In this document: piece after piece, positions 10,900 to 23,703 of the stretch | How the letters are laid out: every line of letters starts with the position of its first letter | Position numbering within the stretch: position 1 is the first letter of the stretch | The notes under the pieces: model-generated | Told to the model about the DNA's origin: nothing | Seen by the model: the letters and a program-made list of their open reading frames with translations, nothing else | Database searches by the model: none | NCBI RefSeq assembly: GCF_006345805.1 | Contig: NW_021833312.1 | Coordinates: 1 to 27,335, forward strand | Length of the DNA stretch: 27,335 nucleotides | Reading direction: 5' to 3' | DNA from: Octopus sinensis | Lineage: Eukaryota | Program-made: the position numbers and the translations under genes

Positions 10900-11860
10900 A
10901 TCTTCGTCTGATGTGGTGTGCTTATGTTAGTGAGTATGAGATTTGATTTTATTCGGTATTGTCTGATGTTGCTGATAAGATAGAAGACAGTGCATATGAC
11001 TGGGAATACTTTGAGATAGTCCTTTGAGGGTCCAAGATTTTAGGCAATTTAAATTAGTTAAAGAGCAGGGCTCGAAAATAGTGAAGGATGCAAATACAAT
11101 GTCATCTGTGTGATAAGGACAGCTTAGTGGTAGTATACTAACCAGTGTTTAGTATTGTTTAAGGTGTCGTTGAATATTATTTATGATGGTCTACAGTTTG
11201 AATGTACATGACAGCGGAGGACGGAATAAAAAATTCTGCTGATGTCGGCGATAGTAGGAATGGTACGAGTAGGAGGTTTATGTTATTATTGTTGTTGAAA
11301 CCGGCGTATATATGTGTATTTGCGAAAATGTGTGTGGGAGTGTGCGTGTGTGTGTGTGTGTGTGTGTGGTGTGTGTGTGTGTGGTGTGTGTTTGTTTCGT
11401 GAGTAATGTGTTCTTTGTAATGCTCTGAATACGCGTCAATGGTCTGAATCGTGTAGCTACTTTTTATTTTGAAAGCCAGCATTTAAGATGTAATGTCGTT
11501 TGATGTAATGACTTTTGTGATATTTATATATTAAATGTGACTTTATATGTGTGTATATATATGTGTGTATATATATGTGTATATGCACATATATGTGTGT
11601 GTGTGCACGCGCGCATGTGTGTGTATGTGTGCATGTGTGTGGAGGATATATGTGTGTGTGTTATCAGACCACCTCCGTTATAAAACGGTCTGTCTAGTGC
11701 TGCTATCAGTATAATTTGGATTAGTAGCTGCTAAATGTTCTGGTAGTAGGAATGTTTCCTGAATTACTGCTGCATGAATACCGAGTGATGATAAAAAATC
11801 TTTTAGCTCCATAACGGTGTTTTTAATGCCATTAATGTCGTATTTCAGAATTTTTATACA
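10900..11860 (-). pseudogene. Decayed LINE APE-endonuclease region, interrupted by CA/TA microsatellites; best-conserved core 11680-11856
   Basis: Minus strand reads KILKYDINGIKNTVMELKDFLSSLGIHAAVIQETFLLPEHL, matching the APE N-terminus pattern (xNxNG ... IQET). Downstream similarity is weak, so the lower boundary is uncertain. Confidence 0.65.
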
Positions 11861-12550
11861 TTTTGTATCAGGCTTACAAAGGCTTTTTTCACTTTCTTAT
11901 GTGTGTGTGAGTTTATGTAACATTTTTTAAATATATTCTGTGCGGATTCCTTTTATCGTTGTTGTTGTTATAAGTGTTACTCCAAAGTAGTGTGTTTCTC
12001 TGGATTATTTGTAAATGTTTTTGTTGGATTACCTTGAAAAATATATAAGGCATTTCTACATAGATTGTAAAACGTGGGCACCCATATCCAAAGAGCGGAA
12101 GAAAGTTGGTTATCGCGACGAATACTATAATCATAGCAAGTAATATAGAAAAATAGGTTGTGCAACCTAGAAGGATGGGATTAAACTGAATATTGATAAA
12201 CACAGGTGGTTCATGGCAGCCATTGATAAAAACCTGTGTAGGTAAACCATCTGCTTTTGATAATATGATCTATATAAATGAATAGCCAAAACCGATATCG
12301 ACGTACAGCCTGATGAGATGATTGCGTATTATAGAACTCTGTGCGTGGTACAATGTGGTGTGATATACTGTAAAAAAGCGGTGGTGATATAATGTAACGT
12401 AGAGTAATAAAGAGGTGTAATAATATAGGGTAGTACATACACACATACACACACAAACACACACACACAAACACACACACACTTACACACACATATATAA
12501 ACTTACTTGGAACTGGATGCGTGGCGTTCAATTAAATAATAATATAAATA

Positions 12551-12595
<45 letters not shown>

Positions 12596-12603
12596 AAAAA
12601 TAC

Positions 12604-12965
12604 AAACTGGGACAAGAACGCAAAACATTTAGAAGACGATACAAATAACACGGGCGGGACATTCGAAGCCTTCAATCTTCACTCAAGAACCGGATCATCC
12701 TCGCAATTTCGGCTGATTAATCTTGAGATTGCTCCGATCTGGCCAGCCCCAAAGGAAAACCTAAGCCAAGCGCATTAGATTCCTTGGAAGAAAGCCTCGA
12801 ATGTATACAAAACAAGGACGGAAAAACGGACGAGGTTACACGAATAAGAATACAAAAATGCGTAAAAACAATAATGATAATAATAATAATAACAAAAACA
12901 GGACGTCACAGACAGGCGTCTTTCGACAGGACGAGTAAACTTTGAGCTGGCGTGTTAGAAAAATG
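12604..12965 (-). mobile_element. Repeat family G, second copy
   Basis: Colinear with 7492-7860. Confidence 0.8.
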
Positions 12966-13159
12966 CCTTAGGGCAGAGAGAAAAGAAATGTGTCTTGCCG
13001 TGACGACAGCTAAGCACGAAAGGCCAGCAAGCAATCGGTCAGTCAGCCACGTGTGAGGAGAAGAATGAGGAAAAGAGGGACAGATGAATATATATATATA
13101 TATATATATATAAACAAAGATAAATGCGATACAATAAAATTAATATATATATATATATA

Positions 13160-13244
13160 TATATGCATATATGGGGGCAGGATGTCACCAACAGTAAACA
13201 ACATGAAATGCGAAAACAAATAAGTGCCATGAATAAGTACGATG
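13160..13244 (-). mobile_element. Family H-related end fragment
   Basis: Reverse complement gtttactgttggtgacatcctgcccccatata matches gtttactgttggtggcgtcctgtacccatata at about 14110-14142. Confidence 0.7.
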
Positions 13245-13367
13245 AATAAGTTGTGAACAGATACACACATATTTAACTATGTGCACACATGCAAATATAC
13301 AGAAATATTTATACTTTATTATGGATTTATTATAATCAGCTCTCATAGACTTAAGTAATTAGAAAGT
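13245..13367 (+). repeat. Direct repeat copy 1 (123 bp)
   Basis: 120/123 identical to 15016-15138 by manual alignment. Confidence 0.95.
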
Positions 13368-13823
13368 ATGGCACAGTGCAGTAAGAGCGGTAGTGTTGTA
13401 AGTGCAACGTAGTGTAGTTAAATGGAATGGGGTGGAGTGTTATGGAAGTGCACCACTGTGTGGTACGATGAATTAAGGATTTTTATCAATTGGGAACAGA
13501 AAACGTAGGATCAAGTCGACAGACCAGTTACGTTCTGTCCAGGTTTGCATAGATTGTAAATGGTTTCGAGTAATTTGTGATTTCCGCTGACAGAAATTAG
13601 GTATTCTTTCTCTAGTAAAGATATTAAAAGTGAAGAAACTAGTCAGACAGATTCAATATTTTTGTTTGTTATCTTTTGTTAATTTTTTGTTGTTGGTTCG
13701 TTTTTCGTTTTTCGTTTTTGTTTTGTTTGTTTTTTTACGGAAATATAGAAATCTGCCCGGTAATCACTTTGTGTATGTTTATAAATATAGTGTATTTCAA
13801 ATGTTTTTCCTATGTGTATAAGC

Positions 13824-14142
<319 letters not shown>

Positions 14143-15015
14143 ATATAATCAAAATAAACAACATGATATCAAGCGGTGATGCAGTATGACCGTTTCAAGC
14201 GGCTCCATTTAATTGAACAATGCAATCATTACATAAATTTAAATGCAGGGCTACCCTCAGCTACATAAATGATTAAACAGAATTTTTAATCAGCTAGACA
14301 CATTAATATATAGCTTAGCTCAAATGCTCTAATAGTGCTAGGGGTTAGGGTTAGAGTCCATATTGCCACTAATGTAGCTAAGAATACAATACACTTCTAA
14401 GAACTGTATGAAGTTTGTTGGGGTCATAGCTTGAAAAGGATTGTGGTTCATTTTTAATTTATTAGTCTTTTTGTGAACTACTAAATCAAAGACCTAGACG
14501 TTTGTGTCTGTTTAGAACGGAGGGCAGGAATGAGTTGACAGCACATAGCTGGGTATGGTCATAAATATTGTCAAGATTTTTAGGTGTAGTATAAAGTAAC
14601 AGTCTATAAAGGAGGCTGGGTAGTGGAAGACCCCAAATCAAGATGTTAATTACCAGTTAAAGGGGCGAGACGCTAATAAACTTATGATGTCAATACAGAG
14701 GAAATTATCATGTGGTACTATAGGCGATTGTTTATAAACAATATTGTTATGATGTATAAAGATGAAATTTAAGATTATTAAAAATGATATTATAACCAAA
14801 ATAGACAAAATGTGTATATATACCAATTTTCAACATTAGAAAGGGAAGATTACATGGAATTAGTTTAATATTCATTCATGTACTTAATTATTTACTTATT
14901 AGGTGGTTTCTATAAAAACTGCTCTGGGTATTTACTTATAGAATACTGGGGCGATAAATCATGCTATCTATATATTAATTATAAGCTAAGAATCAGAAGA
15001 AAAAAATCGGAAAAA

Positions 15016-15138
15016 AATAAGTTGTGAACAGATACACACATATTTAACTATATGCACACATGCAAATATACACAAATATTTATACTTTATTATGGATTTA
15101 TTATAATCAGCTCTCATAGACTTAAGCAATTAGAAAGT
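15016..15138 (+). repeat. Direct repeat copy 2 (123 bp)
   Basis: 120/123 identical to 13245-13367. Confidence 0.95.
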
Positions 15139-15398
15139 TTATATCTCTATTTAAGAACAGTAAGAACTTGTAAAGGATAAGAGGTTAATAGGTAAAGCTA
15201 TCAAAATAAGAAAACAAAATAATAGGAAATTATAGAGAATAGTAAGAAATATATATTTTAAAGAGACATAGTATTAAAATTTGAAGTAAGAGAGAGATAA
15301 ACATAACCTCACAGAAGAAGTAATAGGTATGGGAGTAGTGAGAGCAGTAGGAGGTATTCAGACCGAAGGAGTATTTAATAAGTTATAAAGTTACCTTT

Positions 15399-15659
15399 AG
15401 TGGAGGCGCATGGCTTAATGGTTAGGGTGTCAGCATCATGATCATTAGATTGTGGTTGCGATTCCCGGACCGGGCGATGCGTTGTGTTCTTGAGCAAAGC
15501 ACTTCATTTCACGTTGCTCCAGTCAACTCAGCTGGCAAAAATGAGTAACGCTGCGATGGACTGGCGTCCCGTCCAGCTGGGGAACACATACGCCATTGAA
15601 ACCGGGAAACCGGGCCCATGAGCCTGGCTAGGGTTTAAAAGGGCGCATTTATTTTATAT
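15399..15659 (+). mobile_element. Full-length tRNA-derived SINE (family C: CORE-like plus V-like segment) with 13-bp TSD
   Basis: A-box TGGCTTAATGG, degenerate B-box GGTTGCGATTCC, core cttgagcaaagcacttc, V-like ctgcgatggactggcgtcccgtccag. TSD taaagttaccttt at 15386-15398 and 15660-15672. Confidence 0.92.
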
Positions 15660-16251
15660 TAAAGTTACCTTTGCTATATATATATATACACACACACAAA
15701 TCGGGTATTATTTAGCCGGAAGGCTAATTGTTAATCAGTGATTGATAAATCATTATTCTCTTATATCAGCTGCAAGAGATTTTGTCTTAGCATCAGATTG
15801 ATTCTTAACCATAGACAGAAAAGCTATAATGTAAGTCTGTACATTATTACACATCTCTAATACTGCTACAGGCAGGAAGAAATTTCAACCTTTCCCTCTC
15901 ACCGCCGCTGTTGGACAAATTTGTTCTGCTACTGACATATATGCGTTTTTAAACACAGCACGTCTATAATGGATATTATCTCTGGGCCAATATCGCATGA
16001 GATTTGCTTTCTCGCGATGTACTGGTATTTACATTAAGTATGGTAAATGCATGGCTAAGTTAATGTCTATATAAGTTATTTAAAAAAAAAACATATGAAC
16101 ATTAAATTGAAGGTCACTTAATATTTTCACTAGAGTACTAGAGTACAATATCTTTACAACGGAAAAGTTGCAAGTAATTTCAGTTTTTCTGTTTACTTGC
16201 CATCTCAAAAGTAAAAAAAATTATAACTTCGAAATCACTGGGAATTTTTCC

Positions 16252-16290
<39 letters not shown>

Positions 16291-16292
<2 letters not shown>

Positions 16293-16403
16293 ATGATCAC
16301 GTGACCGACCAGACCATCAGATGTTGTTACACATCGCAGGTCACAATGCGTTCGCATTGTTTTAGCCTTCGAATGACGCCACTCCGCTGGCTAAGCGAGC
16401 AGG

Positions 16404-16408
<5 letters not shown>
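16291..16408. repeat. Short higher-GC segment between (TA)n tracts, probably an interspersed repeat fragment
   Basis: Embedded between two TA arrays like other repeats here. No second copy in this window. Confidence 0.35.
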
Positions 16409-16451
<43 letters not shown>

Positions 16452-16500
16452 ATATACTATATATATATATCATATATATATGTGTGTGTTGTATGTATGT

Positions 16501-16772
16501 ATCATCATCATCATTTAACGTCTGTTGTCTATGCTGGCATATGTTGGACAGGTTGACCAGGGCTGGTAAGCTGAGGGGTTGATTTGGCAAGGTTTCTAAG
16601 ACTGGATGCCCTTCCTAACGCCAACCACTTCGACAGTGTAATGGGTGCTTTTACCTGCCACCGGCACAGGTGCCAGTTACGTGACACCGGCATCGGCCAC
16701 ATTGCTTCCGTGAGGCCCAACGCTCAAATGGTGCTCTTTACGTGCCACCAGCACAGGTTCCAGTTACATGCC
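16501..16772 (-). mobile_element. 3' part of a retroposon (SINE or RTE-like tail) ending in (ATG)n
   Basis: Minus strand: ggttggcgttaggaagggcatccagtc...gacgttaaatgatgatgatgat. Internal duplication gccacc(g/a)gcacagg..ccagttac at about 16647 and 16744. Confidence 0.7.
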
Positions 16773-16805
16773 TGTATGTATGTATCTATGTATACATATA
16801 TATAC

Positions 16806-16872
<67 letters not shown>

Positions 16873-17219
16873 ATCTTATATAATATACTTATATATAAAC
16901 AAACACACACACTCATGTATATGTGCGTATGGATACGCACATACACTCATATAGACCATTTACACACGCTTATATATATATGCAATTAAATACGTTTGTG
17001 TTGTGTAATAGGTGTTCAGTAAACCATCTAAATATAGTGGAAGGAACACGATGTCTCTGTACAAAATAAATACTCCTGCATGTGTCCGTGGGTGTATGTG
17101 CGTGTGTGTGTGAGTGTGCATGCGTGTGTGTTTGTATGAGAAAGGAAGAAAGTAGGCTTCCATTCGTAAAATAAATTTTTCTCCTTTTTACTATGGTTAA
17201 TATAAACAGTTGGTCAGTA

Positions 17220-17239
17220 TATATTTATTATTATTATTA

Positions 17240-17270
<31 letters not shown>

Positions 17271-17288
17271 GTATTATCATCATCATCA

Positions 17289-17333
<45 letters not shown>

Positions 17334-17340
17334 TATATAT
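17220..17340. repeat. (TAT)n/(CAT)n microsatellite
   Basis: Directly visible. Confidence 0.9.
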
Positions 17341-18586
17341 TTATAATATACTTATGTGAGGGAAAGTAACTATAGCTTGGTTGGTATAAACCAGAAGTAT
17401 TGTACCGCTGGTCATTATGGGCGATTACAAACGCTACGGTTCGATAAGTTTGTGGCCTTTCCTGGGCAATAATAACTCTAAATCTATTAACAATCTATAC
17501 CGTGGTGTTAGGTTATTTATCAGATTAAAGAATGATGTAGCATAGAAAGACAAGAAGAGAATGAAGGAAAACCGTCAGGGAGAGAAATAGGGAGAGAGAT
17601 CAGAAAGTAAAGGACGAAGAGAGAGAGGGGAATAGAGAGAGAGGAGGGGATATTTTATTCTATAACCCTTAAATTGAATAGCAGTCCGTAATATTGCGTA
17701 AAGTAGGAGTTTGACAAGAGGGGAAATATTTCCTTTCCTGTAACAGCCCACAAGCTTATCGAACTGTAGCCGTGCAGTGTCCAGCAATGAGTAACAATAC
17801 AATAGGTACCACAATACACCAAGTTGTAGTTATTTCATATATATATAAATATATACATATATATATATATATATGTGTTGTGTGTCTGTGTGTCTGTGTG
17901 TCTGTGTGGGTATGTATATAAGTTATATTATATATTGTATTGACCAGTATAGGTTATATTAAAGAACTTCGCCAGCGAAAATAATGGATTTCTCTATTGA
18001 AGAACCGAGCGAAGAATTAATAGATTCAGCCTAGCTAAGAACTAAAGATACGAGAACAAAGTCCAAATCGCCCACCTAAACTATTCTCTTTATTCTTTAT
18101 AATATATATTATTTAACTCTCTCACTATAAAACTCACACGTAAACACACATAAAAGGAAATAATTCTTATGAGACTCCTCTGTTCGATACATAATTACAA
18201 GACTTTTTTTTTTCTTTTTGCCTTTCAATTAAGTCACGTATGTATTCATTCGAAGTAAAGAAATCTCTCCAAATGTTTTTATAAATTTCAATTTGAACTT
18301 TAAACTCGACTCAACAAAAGTATATTGATGAGGATGAGAAGAGGGGGGAAAAAAGAAGAGATTCAAAAGCGGTCGTCTGCATAAAAATAAGCAATCAATA
18401 ACAATACAGTAATAATTTCTACCTTATTGAGTATATTACACATACATGCAGAGACACATACATGTACATGATTATGTGAATCATATACATACAAACACCC
18501 ACACATATATATATATATGTGTATACATTTGTATTTGTGCACATGCATTTGTGTGTGTATATATATATATATTCTCTTACGCTTCT

Positions 18587-19005
18587 ACTCTTTTATTTGT
18601 TTCAGCCATTTGCCTGCAGCCATACTGGAGAACCGCCTCTTAGTCGAACAAATCGACCCCAAGACCTATTCTTTGTAAGCCTACTGCTTATTCTAACGGT
18701 CTCTTTTGCTGAACCGCTTGTTAGGGGGTCGTAAACACACCAACATCGGTTGTCAAGCGATGGTGGGAGTACAAACACAGGTACACAAACATATACACAC
18801 ACATACATACATACATACATACATATACACACACACACACATATATATACCTCGAGCTTCTTTCAGTTTCCGTCTACCAAATCCACACGCAAGGCTGTAG
18901 TCGGCCCGATGATATAGAACAAGACACCTGGCCCAAGGTGCCACGCAGTGGGACTGAACCCGGAACCATGTGGTTGGTAAGCAAGCTTCTTACCACACAG
19001 CCACT
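18587..19005 (-). mobile_element. Near full-length SINE family A: tRNA head, CORE-like segment, internal TA/TG microsatellite, Nin/Deu-like segment, tail
   Basis: Minus strand has A-box TGGCTGTGTGG, B-box-like GGTTCAGTCCC and gcaccttgggccaggtgtctt. It joins the halves seen separately at 1-250, 671-770, 3091-3230 and 25209-25363. Confidence 0.9.
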
Positions 19006-19026
19006 ATGTGTATGTATGTGTAAATA

Positions 19027-19036
19027 TATATATACA

Positions 19037-19101
<65 letters not shown>

Positions 19102-19102
19102 T

Positions 19103-19171
<69 letters not shown>

Positions 19172-19172
19172 A

Positions 19173-19258
<86 letters not shown>

Positions 19259-19314
19259 TATATATATATATTATATATATATAAATATATATATATAAAT
19301 TATATATATAAATA

Positions 19315-19409
<95 letters not shown>

Positions 19410-19503
19410 TATATATATATAAATATATATATATATAAATAAATATATATAAATATATATATATATAAATAAATAATATATATATATATATATATTATAT
19501 ATA
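19027..19503. repeat. Interrupted (TA)n array, about 475 bp
   Basis: Directly visible. Confidence 0.95.
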
Positions 19504-19893
19504 GTATATCTGCTTTAGTGAAGTATTGTATTCTTCTTACCGAAATGTTTCATGCGACTGAAGTAATCTTTTTATATGCGCGTCGTTATAAATAATTATT
19601 TCACGCTCGCCGGTGACTCTCCAGTTGATTAACATCAGCTGCACTAAACCATTCGACTCGAAATATTTCTAATACAGATAGACATTCAACTCTTCGCATT
19701 ATTGCACTAAAGCATAAACACATGATTATACAATTGTCTATTTGTCTGTTAGGTTCTGTATACATCAAACAAAATACAAAGGCATACACATACTACACCA
19801 CCACAATACAACACACACTTCATATATGTACACACACACACATATATTATATATATATATATATATACATATAATTATATATATATATATATA

Positions 19894-19953
<60 letters not shown>

Positions 19954-20559
19954 GAGAGAGAGAGAGAGAATGGACATAGGTACGCGTGTCACATAACTAG
20001 CTAGAGGCGATGGCCTCTTGGAGATAATCAACGGCAGCATTCTTCCTATATTTCTGGACTGCTATATTAGCTCGGCAATAACTATTAATATCCAGTACAG
20101 CTGCCGTAGTCTCCTTTAGAGAGACTTAGAAATATATATATATATATTAGAAGAAATAAGGTACTCAGAAATCTGGATGGTTTTATATTTACAGGTATTT
20201 ACTAATATGTCACATGCTTTTATAAATCATATATTAGCGCTTGCGTCCACTCTAGCGGAGTCTTCAGATTGAATATTTTCAGGAGATTTGGCTCTTCTTA
20301 TAGTATTATTGAGTGTGTAGGGGTGGAGAGAGATATAAGATAGTAAAAGAGGGTGAGGAATGGGGAGGAAGTTAGAGAGAGTGCGTGTGTGGTGGTGGTC
20401 GTCGTCGTGGTGGTCGTGGTCGTGATTTTGTTGTTTATCGTTATTGATGTTATTCACTATTGTAGTTTAAAGTGTTTAGGAAACTCCGTGAGTTTGTGTC
20501 TTGCTTTTCGATTCCAGACAGTTTCATTTGTTGATTTTATTGTTTCACTCGTTATTAAA

Positions 20560-21370
20560 TCAATCAGGAGAATGAGAGACTGGCCGTGAATGAAAACCGA
20601 GGGGGTTGTCCTCATTGAAGCCTGTTACCTTCCTGATTACAAAGTCTGGGTCGCTGCAATGTACAATGATGTCTGTTCGGTGGTCATAGTAAAACACCAA
20701 AACCGTTCAGTACTGTGAAGGCTCTTCTTTCTCCTTTCTCATCCTTTTACTATGTTCTGACTCTAGAGCTTCTAATGCGATAACTTAAGGCTTTGGGAGC
20801 TTTGAGAGGCATCCTGCACGAACTAGAATGTGGAAGACTTATGTCAGTACATGCAGACGATGTCACCGTCATAGTGTCATGGACATCGAGGCTATCAGCA
20901 TTGTTCTTAAGGAGTGCTAGACGGCAACAGGAGTCAAAATCGACCAGAAAATGTCGATGGGCCTGCAGCTCGGTACTTTGAGAGACTGATCTATGCCGTC
21001 TAGCATCGTCGTGGAGTACAGGTTGTGCAGAGTGGCGGGTATCAGCAGCAGTGGACTGATATGAAGCTATTACAGCTTGATCATGATACCTTGCCCTGAG
21101 CTGATCAGATTGGAGCGTCTGCTCTTTTGTGTTTTGTAGGAGTAATGCATTCTACTTGTCATACGATCCATCTGCTGTCAACATCGACTGCCAACATCTG
21201 CTGTCAACATCGACTGTCAACATCAGCCTGTCAACATCGACTGTGTTGGATATGCAGTGTATAATAATGTAAGACATGCATTGAGGTCAGGACATACATG
21301 TACAGCAATCTCTGGACAGTGAACTGGTGTGGACACCGTTTGTCAGACTCGTTGTCCCTCCCCTGCACTT
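20560..21370 (+). pseudogene. L1/Tx1-clade non-LTR retrotransposon RT remnant
   Basis: Translations across frameshifts: WVAAMYNDVCSVV, YVLTLELLMR, SVHADDVTVIVS (YADD motif), ATGVKIDQKMSMGLQLG, PCPELIRLERLLF, RSICCQH, RHALR, ELVWTPFVR, in the order expected for Tx1-like RT and thumb. Multiple stops. Confidence 0.85.
21169..21244 (+). repeat. About 13-bp tandem repeat (CTGTCAACATCGA-like, 5 cores) inside the RT remnant
   Basis: CTG(T/C)CAACATC at 21175, 21188, 21201, 21214 and 21228. Confidence 0.9.
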
Positions 21371-21534
21371 CATCATAGAGCTGCTGTCAAGGTTGAAGGC
21401 TTCTTTGGGTTATGTTGAGACATAAACACACCTTGAAACGATGATCCATCAGAGAAGATCAGATTGTTGCATTGAGTCATTGACCATTTCTGATAGTATA
21501 GATACCGTTTTTGATGCTTACTAATGTTGATGGA

Positions 21535-21822
21535 GTGGGGGTACAGGGCGTAGTGGTTAGAGCAGCGGAATCGCGGTGAAGGGATCGCGGGTTTGAATCT
21601 AAGACCGGGCGATGTGTGTGTTTATGGGCGAAACGCGGCTCCGGCAGAAGATAATGGCGAACTTCTGCTGTCTCTTTCGCCACAACTTTTTCTCACTCTT
21701 TCCTCCTGCATCTTACAGCTCACCTGCGACGGACCGGCGTCCCGTCCAGGTGGGGAACTATACGCCAAGGAAAGTGGGAAACCGGCCCTTATGAACCAGG
21801 GGTGGCTCGAGAAGGAACAAAC
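21535..21822 (+). mobile_element. tRNA-derived SINE (family D: distinct head and body, V-like tail shared with family C)
   Basis: A-box-like gggcgtagtgg, B-box-like ggtttgaatct, tail cctgcgacggaccggcgtcccgtccagg. Flanked by aatgttgatgga at 21523-21534 and 21823-21834. Confidence 0.85.
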
Positions 21823-21834
21823 AATGTTGATGGA

Positions 21835-22086
21835 AAAGTTGCCTTTTCGAGACATGGCGACTGATAAGGGCCAGTTTTCCGGTTTCTATGGCGTTTAAAT
21901 ACCCCACCTGGATGGGACGCCGGTCCGTCGCAGGATTACTCCTTTTTGCCTGCTGAGTGGACTGGAGCAATGTGAAATGAAGTGTTTTGCTCAAGAACAC
22001 AACGCGTCGCCCGGTCCAGGAATCGAAACTACAACTTTACGATCACGAGTCAAATACCCTTAACCACTAAGCCGTGCGCCGCCACG
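21835..22086 (-). mobile_element. Full-length SINE family C copy
   Basis: Reverse complement aligns along its length to 15399-15659. Flanked by atgttgatgga at 21824-21834 and 22087-22097. Confidence 0.9.
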
Positions 22087-22626
22087 ATGTTGATGGAGGA
22101 CAAGAGAGATTTAGCACTTGCAGCCCTCCCATGTTATCCAGTTTTATGAAACTCACCACGAACCGTTTTAGTTGATACATAATTGGTATGGCGGTGGTTA
22201 AGCTCTGCTCTCACTTTTGCTGACGTAGTTTGATGGGGTGGGGGGGCTCTGTAAAATGCGTTTCCATATTTTGCAATCCTTGTCTGTGAACTTTACCTTC
22301 CATCCACAGTTATGCGTTCCAAAGTTAATTTCGCCTTGGCTTTGGAATGACATGATTTAAGAGAAATATTAAATAATTCAGTAGTCGCAGTGATTTAAGC
22401 TCCAGCCGTCCGCGCTCCAACAATTTATCCTCTTTGGAAACCAGATAGGTCACGCATTTTAACTTATTTAAATATAAATATCTGCAAAAACAAAAAAAAA
22501 AAAATGAAAGAAAAAACAGAGGGCGATTTCAGGAAATAGAATGCATACGTAATAAGAACACATATACGCAGATGAGAACAGTTTGCAATTTGTTATATTT
22601 CCAATACAAAAAATACTGTGGTTTCC

Positions 22627-22658
<32 letters not shown>

Positions 22659-22688
22659 ATAATATATATATGATATATATATATATCT

Positions 22689-22764
<76 letters not shown>

Positions 22765-22801
22765 GTATTATATATATATATATATATACAAACGACACAC
22801 A

Positions 22802-22833
<32 letters not shown>

Positions 22834-23130
22834 TCATATATATATGTATATATACCTATATATGCACTATATTATAGATATATACATATATATACGCTCA
22901 TATTATAGATATATACATATATATACATATCACTTATATATATACATATATATATGTATACATATATATATATATACATATATATGCATGCATATATATA
23001 TATACACTCACACACACACAGAAATACAATCACGCGCACCCACAGACGCACATACACGCACACACACACACACACAAATACATACACACACACGCACATG
23101 CACACACACACACATACGCACACACACGCA
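22627..23130. repeat. Compound (TA)n/(CA)n microsatellite field
   Basis: Directly visible; explains the 252-aa ORF 22583-23341. Confidence 0.95.
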
Positions 23131-23556
23131 TATTGTCTATCGTATGGGAATGTCTGACTCCTGGTTTGGCCTTTTTCTCTCTTTTTGTCCATGTTCTATA
23201 TTTTATTGCACGGTCAGTTTATTGGTACCATTTTCACTCTCCTACGTCGTCACACCCCGCTTATTTCAATTCCTTGGTCTGTCCACCAGACTATGGAGAG
23301 TGAAATTGATTTACTGTAACCTCTCGTTGTTTTGGTGCTAACGGCAATGGTAGCGTTTGCGATGAGGTGGGGCGCGGTGTACTTGTAGGAACGTAGATAG
23401 TGAGGTGGTTGTAAGACCATTGCTATCGGCTGTTGCCGTTGCTGCTTTGCTCAGATTAATAATTATTGAGCCAGCTTATAAATCAAAAACAATTCCAGAC
23501 GTGACTATCGCGTCTTTTTTGTGACCTATCTAATAATACTTTATTTAATGTCCCAT

Positions 23557-23703
23557 AAGGCGCGGCGCTGGTAGAGTCTTTAGCACACCCAACAAAATGC
23601 TCAGCGCCATTTCATTCAGTTTTTACATTCTGAGTTCAAATTCCGCTGAGATCGACTTTGCGTCTCATCCTTTCGGGATTGATGATATAAGTATCAGTTG
23701 AGC
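23557..23703 (+). mobile_element. SINE family B copy, 3'-truncated
   Basis: acattctgagttcaaattccgctgag.tcgactttgc matches about 7139-7178. Confidence 0.85.

Noticed and set aside
11900-12270. PHD-finger-like remnant upstream of the APE fragment
   Set aside because: Only vague residue spacing across frameshifts; cysteines are not conserved enough to call.
14341-14356. Telomeric TTAGGG repeat
   Set aside because: Only about two units; expected by chance.
14143-15015. Possible NUMT (AT-rich, mitochondrial-looking)
   Set aside because: The frames I translated, allowing TGA as Trp, gave no recognisable mitochondrial protein or rRNA motif. Left unclassified.
15399-15475. tRNA gene (also at the other SINE heads)
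   Set aside because: A/B-box-like motifs continue into SINE bodies with TSDs; no complete cloverleaf.
22583-23341. 252-aa ORF and the many other YI/TH/CV/poly-amino-acid ORFs
   Set aside because: They are translations of (TA)n, (CA)n and triplet microsatellites that lack stops by composition.
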